DNA of 63,724 bases, filler included, from Folioceros fuciformis (Eukaryota): assembly GCA_049999805.1 (NCBI GenBank). It is 38 parts of 38 records of this genome, joined end to end, with 100 filler letters (N's around TTAATTAATTAA, not from the genome) between each part and the next. Parts side by side here need not be neighbours in the genome. Positions count along the whole stretch, not along the records: positions 62,271 to 63,724 come from JBNGIO010004307.1; 37 more parts are not named here. One strand, given 5' to 3'. Below, piece by piece: positions 62,271 through 63,724 of the stretch (its first letter is position 1; the number at the start of each line of letters is the position of its first letter). Made by a program: the position numbers and the translations under genes. The notes under the pieces were generated by a model. The model was not told where the DNA came from and ran no database searches. It saw nothing but the letters and a program-made list of their open reading frames with translations.

Positions 62271-63724
62271 ACTTATATATTATTATTATATAGAGTCTAT
62301 AGAAATATATAGTAGTAAAATTATAAGTACTAAAAAAGATATATAAGTTTAATTAAGTATACTCTATATCTTTATAAGAGTATAGAAAGAAGATTTTAAA
62401 GTATATATAAATATAATTAATATAACTATTAGAAAGAAAGTTAAAAAATCTATTACTATAAAAGTAGTATATATAGTTATAGACTATACTATATAAGAAT
62501 ATATTAAATAAGTTATTTTTAACTTAATTAAAGAAAGTTTAGTAACTAAGATTAAGTTATTCTATACTAGCTTTAGAGATATAGTAGATATAGTAATAAG
62601 TAAACTAAAGTAAGTTATAGCTATAGTAAACTTAGTAGATATAAAGTTATAAGAAGTTCTAGAAACTTAAAACTATTTTAAGTAACTAATCTACTAACTA
62701 TAAACTATACTAGAAAAGAATATTATATATATTTTAAGTAAATAATACTTTTAGTAGATCTTATATACTAGCTTTCTACTAATAAGTAGAAACTTAAGTA
62801 GAAGACTTAAACTAGTATATATATCTAGACTATCTTAACCTTTACTAGTAAGGCTAATAATAGTAATAGTAATAGACTTATTATATATACTACTACTTCT
62901 ACTATAGATATAATATCTACTACTATTTAAGTACTTTACTTTAAGAATAGTAGAATATTATTTTACTTTACTTATCTATATATATATAGTAANNNNNNNN
63001 NNACTTATATATTATTATTATATAGAGTCTATAGAAATATATAGTAGTAAAATTATAAGTACTAAAAAAGATATATAAGTTTAATTAAGTATACTCTATA
63101 TCTTTATAAGAGTATAGAAAGAAGATTTTAAAGTATATATAAATATAATTAATATAACTATTAGAAAGAAAGTTAAAAAATCTATTACTATAAAAGTAGT
63201 ATATATAGTTATAGACTATACTATATAAGAATATATTAAATAAGTTATTTTTAACTTAATTAAAGAAAGTTTAGTAACTAAGATTAAGTTATTCTATACT
63301 AGCTTTAGAGATATAGTAGATATAGTAATAAGTAAACTAAAGTAAGTTATAGCTATAGTAAACTTAGTAGATATAAAGTTATAAGAAGTTCTAGAAACTT
63401 AAAACTATTTTAAGTAACTAATCTACTAACTATAAACTATACTAGAAAAGAATATTATATATATTTTAAGTAAATAATACTTTTAGTAGATCTTATATAC
63501 TAGCTTTCTACTAATAAGTAGAAACTTAAGTAGAAGACTTAAACTAGTATATATATCTAGACTATCTTAACCTTTACTAGTAAGGCTAATAATAGTAATA
63601 GTAATAGACTTATTATATATACTACTACTTCTACTATAGATATAATATCTACTACTATTTAAGTACTTTACTTTAAGAATAGTAGAATATTATTTTACTT
63701 TACTTATCTATATATATATAGTAA
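62271..63724. repeat. RIP-saturated fungal repeat relic (62271-62992, duplicated 63003-63724)
   Basis: No CpA or TpG found by eye in 722 bp; TpA-rich, with TAG/CTA/TAA dominating. Confidence 0.85.

Noticed and set aside
1-63724. Tandem pairs as real duplications, circular DNA or a gene-amplification system
   Set aside because: The pattern affects plant, bacterial and fungal contigs alike, copies appear identical, ends cut genes, and no junction sequence is present.

Overview
This window is not one locus. It concatenates 38 short scaffolds (about 0.55-3 kb of unique sequence each) joined by an artificial 100-bp spacer, N44-TTAATTAATTAA-N44, which has stop codons in all six frames. In 36 of the 38 scaffolds a single contig is written twice in tandem around a 10-N gap (one 100-N gap). 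This is an assembly artefact, so only about half the window is unique. The pieces come from several organisms. (1) A seed-free land plant, probably a moss or lycophyte: TIR1/COI1-family F-box of XFB type, SABATH methyltransferase, germin-like protein, RPL35, PHD protein, Myb/SANT fragment, HYDIN exons, a 10-exon MyTH4-FERM gene, and copia and non-LTR retroelement remnants. (2) Mostly alphaproteobacteria-like bacteria: enoyl-CoA hydratase plus amidohydrolase, a Sel1-repeat protein, a LexA-box promoter, a Tn7/Mu-like transposon end and hypothetical genes. (3) An ascomycete fungus, seen as DNA saturated by repeat-induced point mutation (RIP). (4) An angiosperm-type plastid fragment (ndhK-ndhJ-trnF). 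No intact novel multi-gene system can be shown, because adjacency across spacers is meaningless. The best leads are the non-KCBP MyTH4-FERM gene, the transposon end with an IHF site, the XFB-like receptor and the SOS-controlled orphan gene. All family calls are from motif recognition by eye; no searches were run.
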